Assembly (NCBI GenBank): GCA_016867835.1
Contig: VGIQ01000002.1
Span: 2,953 to 66,952 of the forward strand
Origin: Calditrichota bacterium
Lineage (GTDB): Bacteria > Electryoneota > AABM5-125-24 > Hatepunaeales > Hatepunaeaceae
Direction of reading: 5' to 3'
Length of the DNA: 64,000 nucleotides
Part shown: positions 20,103 to 29,172 of the stretch, piece after piece
How positions within the stretch are numbered: position 1 is the stretch's first letter
How the letters are laid out: each line of letters opens with the position of its first letter
The notes under the pieces: generated by a model
The model's input: the letters and a program-made list of their open reading frames with translations, nothing else
Told to the model about the DNA's origin: nothing
Databases searched by the model: none
Made by a program: the position numbers and the translations under genes

Positions 20103-23100
20103 CTATCGCATCAGGACGACCTTCATCTGCCGACGGTCGCTTCCGAGTTGCACTTCGAGCATATAAATCCCGCTTGGCCAGATCTCCCCGTTGATCGTCC
20201 AAAAATGCCAACCGGCAACATAGGTCCGCCTACCGGTGTCGTGAACAACCCGACCGGCGAGGTCGTGCACGCGGAGTCGAGTCCAAGCCGCTTCCGGTAG
20301 TCCGAACCGGACCACCGTCCGGGCATTGAAGGGATTGGGCCAGGCCGGCGACAGTTCCGGAGAAGCGGGCAGTCCTTCCTTCCAACCCGTAACCGCGATA
20401 ACGGCAAAAGCATCCGCTGCCCAGACCAACCGGCCGTCAAGCGCCTCTGACGTCCCCTTCCGGAGGCCGGTTTCAGTCGCAAGATAAATCTCGAACGACT
20501 CGCCGTCCTGCGCGCCATCGATTTTACCGGTCAGAGGATCGTCTCCCATTAGCGCTACGCCGAGCGCTTCGCCGGTCCAGTTGCCTTCGCCGATGACAAC
20601 GCCCGACTCACCCGCCGTGCGAACGACGACCTTCGTTCCCGATTCGATATCGGGCGGAAGCGAGACCAGCAGCAGGCTCATGTCCGACCCGGTCGGGCGG
20701 ACACGAGGCGGCGGTGCGTTGAAGTCTCCCGGAAGCGCAGCCAATTCCCCGGCTTGATAGACCAGATCGCGCGCCTGGCGCATCTTGATCCGGTAGCCCT
20801 GACCGGGGAGCATCGTCCGCATCCCAAAGAAGCCGAACGGCGGCGCAATGAAGTCCCCGGCGCCGTTCTTGGCGATTACGATGTCGTCCATGATCCGCGC
20901 CAGCGCCGTCTCGGTCGCGACCGGCCGGTCGAGGAGGTAACTGACTGAATTCCAACTCTGAATCAGCGGGATCGCCTGATTGGCCGGGATGCGTTCGCCG
21001 GTTACGATGAAACTGTCCCCCTCCGAAACATTAACCTGATAGGCCGAGAGCGCGTCCCAAGGTCCGAGGTTAATGAAGTTCCAGCGCGGCGACCAGAACC
21101 TCCCGAGTCCGTCCTTGACCAACAGCAAGTGTTCGCGCTGGAGCACCGGGCCGAGCAGCAGCCGGATATCGGTCTCCACCGGCCGGACAAAGGATGAGAC
21201 GAGGTTCCAACCCCGCGCGAGCGGGACCGTCTGATGCACCGGAATAGCCGCGGCGAGGCTCACCGTCGCCTCCGCTCCGACCTGAAAGAAGGGTATGCCC
21301 TCAGCATATTCGGCAATGGCGACATACTCCCGCCCCGATACGGCATCCCAAAGCCGGAAGGCGAGCGCGTCGCCGGGCAGGAAGGCTCCGCCGTGGTGGA
21401 AGAGCGTCAGGTCGAGCGGACGACCGAGCCAGCGCGCCAGACCGCCGACCCGATTGCGCGGCGATATCGCGGCGATCTCGCTGCTGATGGCGAGGTTTTG
21501 GCCCAACAGCGACGCCGCCTCTATATGAATGATCATTCCTTCGTCGCCTTCGTCAGGAACGTTGAAATGACGGAAACCTTCGATCACATCGACGCGGACG
21601 GGCAGAATGGCTTGCGCTGCACCTTCAGACCAGAACGCGACGTCGGCGGTCAGGATTTCACCACCCCGCGCACCTTGCGGCACGCCTAATGTCAGGTCGA
21701 ACTCGACCGTCTCATCCGGCTCGATCCCGCCTTCCAGCGGCTCAACGACGATCCACGACACGCGCGGCTGGATCTCGAGCCCGGTCAGGAACTGCGGCGA
21801 CGTGCCATGCACCAGTCCGAGCACCCAGCGGCCTCGATCCCAATCGCCGGTGATGAACGCCCCCGTCGGAGGCCCGCCGTAGGTGTGGACTGATTCGATC
21901 CGGTCGGACTCCGGGTCGGCGCGATAGATGCCGGTCGTGCCGTCCGGTTCGAAGTTGAGCGCGTAAAGGTGCATCCCCTGACCGTCTCCGGGATGCCACG
22001 CCAAACCATAGACCCCTCGCAAGCCGTGACCATCCCAGCGGACGAGCACCTCGCCGTCGCGGTTCACCAGATACCAGGGCTGATCCCACTCGGTCGCCCA
22101 GAAACCGTCCTCGCCCGGATCCCAGGCCAGCGCGCGATTGACCTGAAGCGGCGCGCCGCGCTGCGAACCGGCAGCGGCGCCGTCGGGTCGGAAGGCGTAG
22201 ATGAGGCTGTCCTGGGAGCCGTAGAGCAGCGTCCCGTCGGTCGCGAGGTCGCGCAGTCCCCAACCGGTCAGCCGTTGCAGCGGCTGGGCAAAGGTGCGCG
22301 ACAGCCGTCCGTCTTCGGTCATTACGCCGATCTGCGCGCCGCGTGACGGATCGAAAGCCGACACGAAGAACTTCCCGTTCAGGAACTCGGCTCCCATAAC
22401 CCTCGCGAGTCCGGTGATCTGGCGGATGTCGTATTGGAACAGGCGCTCCCAGGGCTCGTCGCGACCGGGGGCATTTCCGTCGGCGGGCCTAAGACCCCGT
22501 CCGGGAGCGTCGCGCCAGCCGCCCGAGGGGGTGATCCGGATGCGCCAGTCAAGCGGCAGTTGGCCCTCGTTGGTTACGCTGAAGCCGACCCCAATCTGTT
22601 CGTTCCCGCCCAGCGAGAACTGAACACTGTCCGGTGCGAGCGCAACCGTCGGCCGGTCGAGGTCGAAGTCGAGCCGCAAACTGTCGCGCGCGGCCAGGTC
22701 CAGCGCCATTTCTGAAGCGCGATAACCCGGCTTGGTTGCCGTAAAGGTCACCCGGCCCGGCAGCAGACCGGTGATCCGGTAGGAGCCGTTCTGCCCGGTC
22801 AAAACTGAGCCGCGGGTCGTCGTGACGAGGGCTCCGGCCAGTGCTGCGCCTTCCAGATCGCGCACGAAGCCGTAAGCCTGCGCATAGACGGCGACCGTCG
22901 TCCCCCACAGCGTCAGGTCGTCGATATACCAGCCCGGATACCAGTTGATGTCGTCATCCGAGGCGAACCGGAAGCGCAACCTAATGCCCCGCCCAAGGTA
23001 GGGCGAGAGATCGGCGGTTACCAATTGCCAGTCGCCGTTTGCGCCGGTCCAGCCGGGGAGGTTTTGCAGCGCGCCGACGCTCTGGTCGGGATACCCGCCG

Positions 23101-26100
23101 GCCGGCTCGAGCAGCGTCCAGGGCCCGCCATCGACCGAAATCTGCAACTGCCCGCCGTCATGGCTCGCTTCGGTCGCATACCAATGATAGAACTCGACGC
23201 GAGCGGTGCGCGAAGTGACGATATACTCGTTGACGGTAGTCAGAAACCACTCGGCGCTGTTATCGTAGCGTCCTTGACCGGGCCGTGTCGCCCAGGCGTA
23301 ACGGCCCCGGTTGGCCCGTCCCGGCCCGGTGCGGTTATTGACGTTGCCGAGCGCTGAACTGCGGCTCCAGGAACCGAACGGCGACGGCGAAAAGACCGCG
23401 ACGAGCGCACTTTCAAAGTCATAGTATTGACCGAGTCCGACCGGAAGGAGGGTGTCGCGCGGCGCGCTGCGGTTGGGAACTTCGTCGAGGGCTATGAAAT
23501 GGAACGTCTTCCAGCCTTCCTGACCATCCTGAATGGAGCCGCGATAGATCAGTTCCTCGCGGACGGTGGCAACCGCCTGGCCGTCGATGGAGACCTCGCA
23601 GCCTGCATAGTCGATGCACTGCGTGCCGTCGGCGTTGATGGCGGGGGCCGTCCAGGAGACGGTGTAGTCAGCGCCGCTGCGCTGAAGGGCGATCGCTCCT
23701 ACCCGGCCCGGCGGCATGTTAGCGCGCCCGGCGACTTCCGGCCCCTCAATCCGAGATTCATCCTGATAGAAAGCGTCGATCCGGTAGCGATATTCGTGGT
23801 CCTCGTTTTCGCTGCCGACCACGTGGGTGTAAGTCCGGAGATCGGTCTCTTCGACCAGTTCATCATCGACAAAGACCGAATAGAACTCGGGCGGATCGCG
23901 CCGCGGCAGCCGGTTGCGGTCCGGCATGCGAACGACTTCCGGAAGTCCCGGCACGATAACCGGCACGCCTGGAACCGGACAGAGAACAACCTCCGGCGAG
24001 GCTTTGGCAAAGACCTCATCCGCAGCCCGTAGCCGGCGCTCCGGCGCAATGTCGCGCTCTTCGCCATCCTGATAGCGATAGACCGTCGCGCGCATGATCG
24101 GATCGCCGGGCAATCCGTTATAAAGTCGCCAGACGCCGTCAAGCCGCAAATAGACCGACCCGGGGGTGTCGAACGCCGGATCGAGCCCGACCGCTTCGAC
24201 CCGCGGCGGGACGTTGTCGGGGTTGTTGTCGGGATGCTGGCTCCAACCGAAGAAGAAGTTCCCGGACAGGAAGCGCAGCGTCCGCGGCAGGAGGGTCGTA
24301 GTCCCGTTGACGGAGTTGTTCAGAATCTGCTGCGACCAGAGCAGTTCCCCCGGCAGGCCGGTGTTGGGGTCTTCGGCGAAGACATAGAAGAAGATCTGTT
24401 GATACTGGCCATCGGGCCAGAAAGCGCCGTTGAAGTCGGCGTTGCGGATCTGATAGAGGGTCAGCGCGGCGATGTCGTATTCGCCTTCTACCCGGTATTT
24501 GACCGCCGTTATGTCGTCGCGGCCGCGCAGGTAGAAGCCGTTGGCGAGGACGCCGGTGTCGTAGCGCAGGACGGTCGTGTCTCCGTCAATACCGGGAGGC
24601 AGCCAGGACAGGCGAATCTGGCTGTCGGAGTAACCGTTGGCGACGATGCCGCGAACCGCCATCCGGTCGTCGAGGATGAAATTCGCTTCCGATTCGCTGT
24701 CGTCCTGAACCTCGACTTCAACCTCCCGGTCGGCCTGCCAGCCCCGCATCCTGGCGACGATCCGGTACCGGCCTGGCGGCACCAACAGGTCGTAGGCTCC
24801 GGCATTATCGGTGGTGTCGATCCCGCGCGCCCGGCCATTCTCCGTTACCGCACTCACCTCAACACCTGCCAGTCCGGCCTGATTGTCATAGACCGACACG
24901 GCGCGTCCGACGACCCGGCCAAAGGGGAGATGCTGCATTTGAAAGTTTCGCTCGATCTCGGCGTCGGCGGCAACGGCAAAAGAATCGCTGGCGTAGGCAG
25001 CAAATCCGGGCATCGTTGCGGTGAGGCGGTAGCGGCCCGGGAAGATATTGGTGAAGACAAACCGGCCTACGAAGTCGGGCTGCACGGTCCGGTTGTTGAG
25101 GCTTACCCGAGCCAGGAAGGGCATCGCTTCGCGGTCGAAGGTTACCTGTCCAAAGAGCCGTCCCGGACCGCCGTGCACGGTAAGTGTGATAGGAGCCGCG
25201 ATGATCTCGCCGCGCCGCAGGTCGTGCACCTCCATCCGCGCTTCGCGAAGGCCTTCAAGGTAGTAGGAGCCATCGAATCCGACGGTCAGTTCGGTCGAGC
25301 CTTGCGCAGCGACCGCTCCGGCTCCGGGACTTACCGTCACCCAGTTCGCACGGGGGTGCAGTTCATAGATCTTCAGAAGGTCGCGCGACCGGCCTTGAAT
25401 GACCACGCCGAGCATCCAGGTGCGCGTATCGTAGAGATAGGTAATGAAAGCGCCGCCGGGGAAGCCCTCCTCGGGCGCAGCGGTTACGAGTTGCCGCACC
25501 AACTGCCGGGTGCGCGGATTCCAGCGATAGATAGCCGCTCCGCCGTCGTCGGACTCCTGATTGTGGATATAGAGGTGCATCCCGTCGGGATCGGCCGGAT
25601 TCCAGGCCATTCCCATCACCCCGCGCAGGCCGTGCGCAGTGTAGCGGTCGAGCACCTGACCGGTGGCGGACATGCGAATCCAACTATTGTCCCGGTCGCC
25701 GATCCAATAGGTTGAATCGGACGGCACCCAGGCTACGGCGCGGGAAAGCGGGAGCGGCGAAGCAGCCAGTTCCCCGTCCCGGACGCCGGTCGTCGGATTG
25801 AAACGCTGAAGGCGGCTCGCATAGGCACCATAAACGAAGCGTCCGTCGTAGGTGAGATCGCGGATGCCCCAACCGGTCGCCTCGGGAGGCTGATCCGCGG
25901 TTCGAACGTGTCGTCCGTCGCGGTCGAACCAGTAGAAGCGCGAGCGCGGATCGAAGGGCCGGCCGAACTCGCCGGCCGTGGTGATGAACTGATAGTCCGC
26001 CGGCGCTCCGGTTGCGATCATCGTCGCGCCGTAAAAGTATTGCTCGCCGGTCGGAGCGGTGAGGTCTATGGTGCGCACATGATCCCAGGCCGGGTCGCGG

Positions 26101-28853
26101 CGGGGGACTTCGTCCTGAGCCTCGTCGAGCATCTCCGGACCGGCATTCTGACGACCGACATTGTAGTCGAGGTAAATCCGGTAGTCGGTCGCCATCGCTC
26201 CGTTATTGCGGAGCGTGACGCGAACCTGGGTCGTCGTGCCGAAATCGAGTTCGCCATCGACGTTCTCGGGATCGAGCAGCAATTGGCTGTCATAGATCTC
26301 GAGAGCGAAGCCGGTGTTGATCGTCGAATCGGGGAGGATGTCGAGGGCGCGCTCCTGGCTGATGTAGCCGGTTTTCGCTGCGCGCAACGTCCGGCGTCCA
26401 ACCGGAATGTCGAGAAAACTGGCCTGCCCGTTGCCGGCGGTGAAGGTCGTCCAATTATTGTCGAGCGTTAACTGCGCACCCTCCAGACCGGCGCCGCCGG
26501 CGGCATCGACAACCCGGACATTGATGCTGCCGAGCCGCGGCAGGACGAGATCGTCGATGAACCACCCGGCGTAGTCGCGCAGGTTGCTGTCGTCGGACTT
26601 AAAGGTGAGCCGGACACGCATCCGCTGGCCGGCAAACTGCGACAAATCGCACGAGACCGGCCTCCAGCCGTTGCTGCGACCGCTGAATGCAGGCCCCTCG
26701 TCGAAGGCGAAGACCGCGTTGTCGGGGTAACCGCTGACAGGATAGAGCAGTTCCCACCGCGCGCCGTTGTCGAGGGAGTATTCGATCCGCCCGCCGTCCC
26801 AGCCCGGCTCGGTATCGTAGAAGTGCTTAAAGTCGAGGTAGGCGCGGCGCGCCCGGGTAAGGTCGATAACGGGAAGATAGAGATGCCAAGTCGCGAGGTC
26901 GCCGTAGGGCCGATTGAGGAGCGTCCCCCAGGCGCGCTGGCCCGAAGCGGCGCCAACCGCAGGTACGCCCCACTCCCAGCCGCCGCGCAGCGGCTGACCC
27001 ACGAGGCCGCTCCCGTTCTGCTCGAAATCGGTGCTGAAACCGATTGTAAGGGCGGCAATGGGCGTAGCGGATACCGGACCCAGCGGCTCCGAGAGCCGGT
27101 CGGGGTCTTCATATCGGGCGCGGATGCTGAATTCATAAGCCCGGCCGTTCTCGAGTTCGATGACCGTGTATTCGGGGACGTTGGTCGCGTCGAGTTCTTC
27201 GCCATCGACATAGATGACGTAGCCGGTCAAATCGTCGCGGCGGGGCCGTTCGTGGGCGGCAGCGAGGTGGCGGTTCAGGTCGGTGCGCAGTTCCGCGAGT
27301 CGACGGCGGTCGAGGTCGGACGGCTTGCCGCCCTCACGCCGGTCGGCAAGAAGCCGGATCATCCGGCGCAGTTCAAGCATCCTTTGGCGGTCGCCGTCGC
27401 CGGGCCGCGGCGGGTCCCACGCGAGGCGGACTTCGCGGTCGTCGACGTCGACTCGCAGGTTGCGGGGAGGCGGGAACTCGGGCGGCGCCGACCGGAAGAA
27501 CTGAACGATCCGCTCCATCAGAGCCAGTTTTGTCCCGCGCTCGCCATCGACCAGCCCGCCGAACTCGAATGATGCGCCGATGGTGGCATAGGTGAGCCCG
27601 TTATAAGCGACCATCCCGACCGCCGGATTGCCGCGATCGACAAAGGTGAAGACGTCGAGCGCTTCTCCCTCGCTGCGAATGTGATCGACGAACTGGTTGA
27701 GTTGCGCCTGATAACCGTCGAATATCAGTCCCTCGGCGAGCGTTCCGCGCTGGCCGGTAACCGGCGGCGAAGCCGGCCCGCCGTCCCGAAGGCCTTCGAT
27801 AAAGAAGCGGGGATGGACGGCGGTCACTTCGTCGCGCGCCCAGGTGTCGCCGCCCTCCAAATAGAGCGACCCGCCGATCCGGAGGTAGTCGTCGAGGATG
27901 CGGCCTTCTTCAGCGGTGAGCGCGTGATAAGCCTGACCGTCGAGGCCGTGGTTGCCAAGATTGACGAAGACCGCTTCGTAAGACCGGAGGTCGTTCGGGA
28001 GGGCTTGATTGAGGCGCAGTTTCAGGTGCGCGACGCGATGGCCCAACTCGCGCAGCGCAGCGCCCTGCTCATCGCCCGACGTCGTTACGGCTCCGGCGTC
28101 CCAAATGAGGAACCTTCCCGGGCCGTGAGTGCTGACCAGAAAGGCGGTCTGGCTCGCCACTTCAATGCCTTCGCCGTCGTGGAGCAGGGTCAAGCCTTGC
28201 TCGCCGCCGGAGCCTTCGATGCCGATGCTGCCGGTCGAAAGGTCGAAAGCCTCGCCGACAGTCTGGTATTGCAAGATGATATCCCCGTCGGGCTCGAGGA
28301 TCACCTGCATGGTGATGGTGTTGTCTGGCGAGCGGCCCTCCTCGACCAGTTCCGCCAGGCGCTGGTATTCAACGATCAGATTGCCGTTCCAGTTGGCGCG
28401 GTAGATCGCCGCGCGGCCCCAGAACATCTGGGGATTAAGGTCTTTCCAGTAGAGCGCGATCAGGTTGTCGGGGGGCTGGTCGTCGGGGAGTTCGGCGTGC
28501 ACGGCATTCTGATAGCCGTCGGCCGGGCCGAAGCCGATAAAGCCATTAGAGGAAATCCAGAACTGGTCGTAGAGGCGGCCGAAGAAGGGAAACCGGAAAC
28601 CGATGTCGAAGGGGCCTTGAAAGTCGTTGTCGCGGAGATTGACGAGGGGCTCGCCGAGGTCTTCGATCTCGCGCCAGAGGTATTCGGCTTCATAGAGCGC
28701 ATAACCTCCGGCGTCGTCGCGACGCGGCTGAGCCTGAACGGTCAAGACCGAAGTAAGCAGGCAAAAGGCGGACAGGGTGAGATGAAGCGCGGAGCGTGAA
28801 AGTCGCAACGGTATGCCCTCAAGTAGAATCGACAACGGCCGGGTGAACCACAT
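20103..28853 (-). CDS. Giant (2916 aa) multidomain secreted protein with a T9SS C-terminal domain.
   Basis: N-terminal signal-like segment LRLSRSALHLTLSAFCLLTSVLTVQAQ. Recognisable pieces include an FN3-like domain (PPRNLRVDVDDREVRLAWDPP) and at least three carboxypeptidase-regulatory-like domains (GSINVRVVDAAGGAGLEGAQLTLDNN...; GRFVFTNIFPGRYRLTATMPG; GAYDLLVPPGRYRIVARM). There are two lectin/MAM-like beta-sandwich domains (..YLDFKHFYDTEPGWDGGRIEYSLDNGARWELL...GWFIDDLVL and ..EFYHWYATEASHDGGQLQISVDGGPWTLL..GWYIDDLTL), beta-propeller-like repeats, and degenerate copies of the locus module (GVALMGDDPLTGKIDGAQDGESFEIY). The CTD is AWPNPFNARTVVRFGLPEAAWTRLRVHDLAGRVV...GIYMLEVQLGSDRRQMKVVLMR. Confidence 0.8.
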   Translation of the reverse strand: MWFTRPLSILLEGIPLRLSRSALHLTLSAFCLLTSVLTVQAQPRRDDAGGYALYEAEYLWREIEDLGEPLVNLRDNDFQGPFDIGFRFPFFGRLYDQFWISSNGFIGFGPADGYQNAVHAELPDDQPPDNLIALYWKDLNPQMFWGRAAIYRANWNGNLIVEYQRLAELVEEGRSPDNTITMQVILEPDGDIILQYQTVGEAFDLSTGSIGIEGSGGEQGLTLLHDGEGIEVASQTAFLVSTHGPGRFLIWDAGAVTTSGDEQGAALRELGHRVAHLKLRLNQALPNDLRSYEAVFVNLGNHGLDGQAYHALTAEEGRILDDYLRIGGSLYLEGGDTWARDEVTAVHPRFFIEGLRDGGPASPPVTGQRGTLAEGLIFDGYQAQLNQFVDHIRSEGEALDVFTFVDRGNPAVGMVAYNGLTYATIGASFEFGGLVDGERGTKLALMERIVQFFRSAPPEFPPPRNLRVDVDDREVRLAWDPPRPGDGDRQRMLELRRMIRLLADRREGGKPSDLDRRRLAELRTDLNRHLAAAHERPRRDDLTGYVIYVDGEELDATNVPEYTVIELENGRAYEFSIRARYEDPDRLSEPLGPVSATPIAALTIGFSTDFEQNGSGLVGQPLRGGWEWGVPAVGAASGQRAWGTLLNRPYGDLATWHLYLPVIDLTRARRAYLDFKHFYDTEPGWDGGRIEYSLDNGARWELLYPVSGYPDNAVFAFDEGPAFSGRSNGWRPVSCDLSQFAGQRMRVRLTFKSDDSNLRDYAGWFIDDLVLPRLGSINVRVVDAAGGAGLEGAQLTLDNNWTTFTAGNGQASFLDIPVGRRTLRAAKTGYISQERALDILPDSTINTGFALEIYDSQLLLDPENVDGELDFGTTTQVRVTLRNNGAMATDYRIYLDYNVGRQNAGPEMLDEAQDEVPRRDPAWDHVRTIDLTAPTGEQYFYGATMIATGAPADYQFITTAGEFGRPFDPRSRFYWFDRDGRHVRTADQPPEATGWGIRDLTYDGRFVYGAYASRLQRFNPTTGVRDGELAASPLPLSRAVAWVPSDSTYWIGDRDNSWIRMSATGQVLDRYTAHGLRGVMGMAWNPADPDGMHLYIHNQESDDGGAAIYRWNPRTRQLVRQLVTAAPEEGFPGGAFITYLYDTRTWMLGVVIQGRSRDLLKIYELHPRANWVTVSPGAGAVAAQGSTELTVGFDGSYYLEGLREARMEVHDLRRGEIIAAPITLTVHGGPGRLFGQVTFDREAMPFLARVSLNNRTVQPDFVGRFVFTNIFPGRYRLTATMPGFAAYASDSFAVAADAEIERNFQMQHLPFGRVVGRAVSVYDNQAGLAGVEVSAVTENGRARGIDTTDNAGAYDLLVPPGRYRIVARMRGWQADREVEVEVQDDSESEANFILDDRMAVRGIVANGYSDSQIRLSWLPPGIDGDTTVLRYDTGVLANGFYLRGRDDITAVKYRVEGEYDIAALTLYQIRNADFNGAFWPDGQYQQIFFYVFAEDPNTGLPGELLWSQQILNNSVNGTTTLLPRTLRFLSGNFFFGWSQHPDNNPDNVPPRVEAVGLDPAFDTPGSVYLRLDGVWRLYNGLPGDPIMRATVYRYQDGEERDIAPERRLRAADEVFAKASPEVVLCPVPGVPVIVPGLPEVVRMPDRNRLPRRDPPEFYSVFVDDELVEETDLRTYTHVVGSENEDHEYRYRIDAFYQDESRIEGPEVAGRANMPPGRVGAIALQRSGADYTVSWTAPAINADGTQCIDYAGCEVSIDGQAVATVREELIYRGSIQDGQEGWKTFHFIALDEVPNRSAPRDTLLPVGLGQYYDFESALVAVFSPSPFGSWSRSSALGNVNNRTGPGRANRGRYAWATRPGQGRYDNSAEWFLTTVNEYIVTSRTARVEFYHWYATEASHDGGQLQISVDGGPWTLLEPAGGYPDQSVGALQNLPGWTGANGDWQLVTADLSPYLGRGIRLRFRFASDDDINWYPGWYIDDLTLWGTTVAVYAQAYGFVRDLEGAALAGALVTTTRGSVLTGQNGSYRITGLLPGRVTFTATKPGYRASEMALDLAARDSLRLDFDLDRPTVALAPDSVQFSLGGNEQIGVGFSVTNEGQLPLDWRIRITPSGGWRDAPGRGLRPADGNAPGRDEPWERLFQYDIRQITGLARVMGAEFLNGKFFVSAFDPSRGAQIGVMTEDGRLSRTFAQPLQRLTGWGLRDLATDGTLLYGSQDSLIYAFRPDGAAAGSQRGAPLQVNRALAWDPGEDGFWATEWDQPWYLVNRDGEVLVRWDGHGLRGVYGLAWHPGDGQGMHLYALNFEPDGTTGIYRADPESDRIESVHTYGGPPTGAFITGDWDRGRWVLGLVHGTSPQFLTGLEIQPRVSWIVVEPLEGGIEPDETVEFDLTLGVPQGARGGEILTADVAFWSEGAAQAILPVRVDVIEGFRHFNVPDEGDEGMIIHIEAASLLGQNLAISSEIAAISPRNRVGGLARWLGRPLDLTLFHHGGAFLPGDALAFRLWDAVSGREYVAIAEYAEGIPFFQVGAEATVSLAAAIPVHQTVPLARGWNLVSSFVRPVETDIRLLLGPVLQREHLLLVKDGLGRFWSPRWNFINLGPWDALSAYQVNVSEGDSFIVTGERIPANQAIPLIQSWNSVSYLLDRPVATETALARIMDDIVIAKNGAGDFIAPPFGFFGMRTMLPGQGYRIKMRQARDLVYQAGELAALPGDFNAPPPRVRPTGSDMSLLLVSLPPDIESGTKVVVRTAGESGVVIGEGNWTGEALGVALMGDDPLTGKIDGAQDGESFEIYLATETGLRKGTSEALDGRLVWAADAFAVIAVTGWKEGLPASPELSPAWPNPFNARTVVRFGLPEAAWTRLRVHDLAGRVVHDTGRRTYVAGWHFWTINGEIWPSGIYMLEVQLGSDRRQMKVVLMR

Positions 28854-28892
28854 AGCAGCGAAGTAACACCATTACCCACTGACCAGTATGTC

Positions 28893-28920
28893 AATATAGC
28901 AACTTCCAGCCAAAAAACAA
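28893..28920 (-). promoter_or_regulatory. Promoter-like motif upstream of the 2916-aa gene. Coding-strand sense is TTGTTT-N16-TATATT, and it is shared with the 1860-aa gene.
   Basis: The + strand AATATAGCAACTTCCAGCCAAAAAACAA at 28893-28920 aligns with AATATAGCGGCTTTCAGTCAAAAGCAA at 34823-34849 (23 identical positions). Both lie 40-70 nt upstream of the respective start codons. Confidence 0.4.
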
Positions 28921-29001
28921 CTCTATCCCGTCATAAAGAGCCTGCTGAAAGCCTCGACTCATACACGCCGCACGCCCTCGTCCGGCGAGTAATGTGGAGA
29001 T

Positions 29002-29037
29002 TGGTGGCGTGCGGACGTCCTCGTCCGCACGCCACCA
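29002..29037. terminator. Perfect 16-bp-stem hairpin (TGGTGGCGTGCGGACG tcct CGTCCGCACGCCACCA) followed on the + strand by a second small hairpin GGCAC cttt GTGCC. Likely terminator between the two giant genes.
   Basis: The inverted repeat is read directly. It lies ~135 nt 3' of the stop (29173) of the 29173..34755 gene and ~150 nt 5' of the start of 20103..28853. Confidence 0.45.
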
Positions 29038-29172
29038 TTAAAGGCACCTTTGTGCCCGAATGGCCTGTCGCGTAGGGGCCGAGGAGACCGAAGGTCTCTT
29101 CATGCCCGATTATAAAGGGCAGAATCATCCGCAGGATGATTTTGCCCCAAGCGCAAGATCAAGCGCTCGCGC

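Noticed and set aside
28860-29170. Possible tRNA or small RNA gene in the hairpin-rich gap between the giant genes
   Set aside because: I found no T-loop (GTTCRANYC) or anticodon-arm geometry. The structures are better explained as terminator hairpins.
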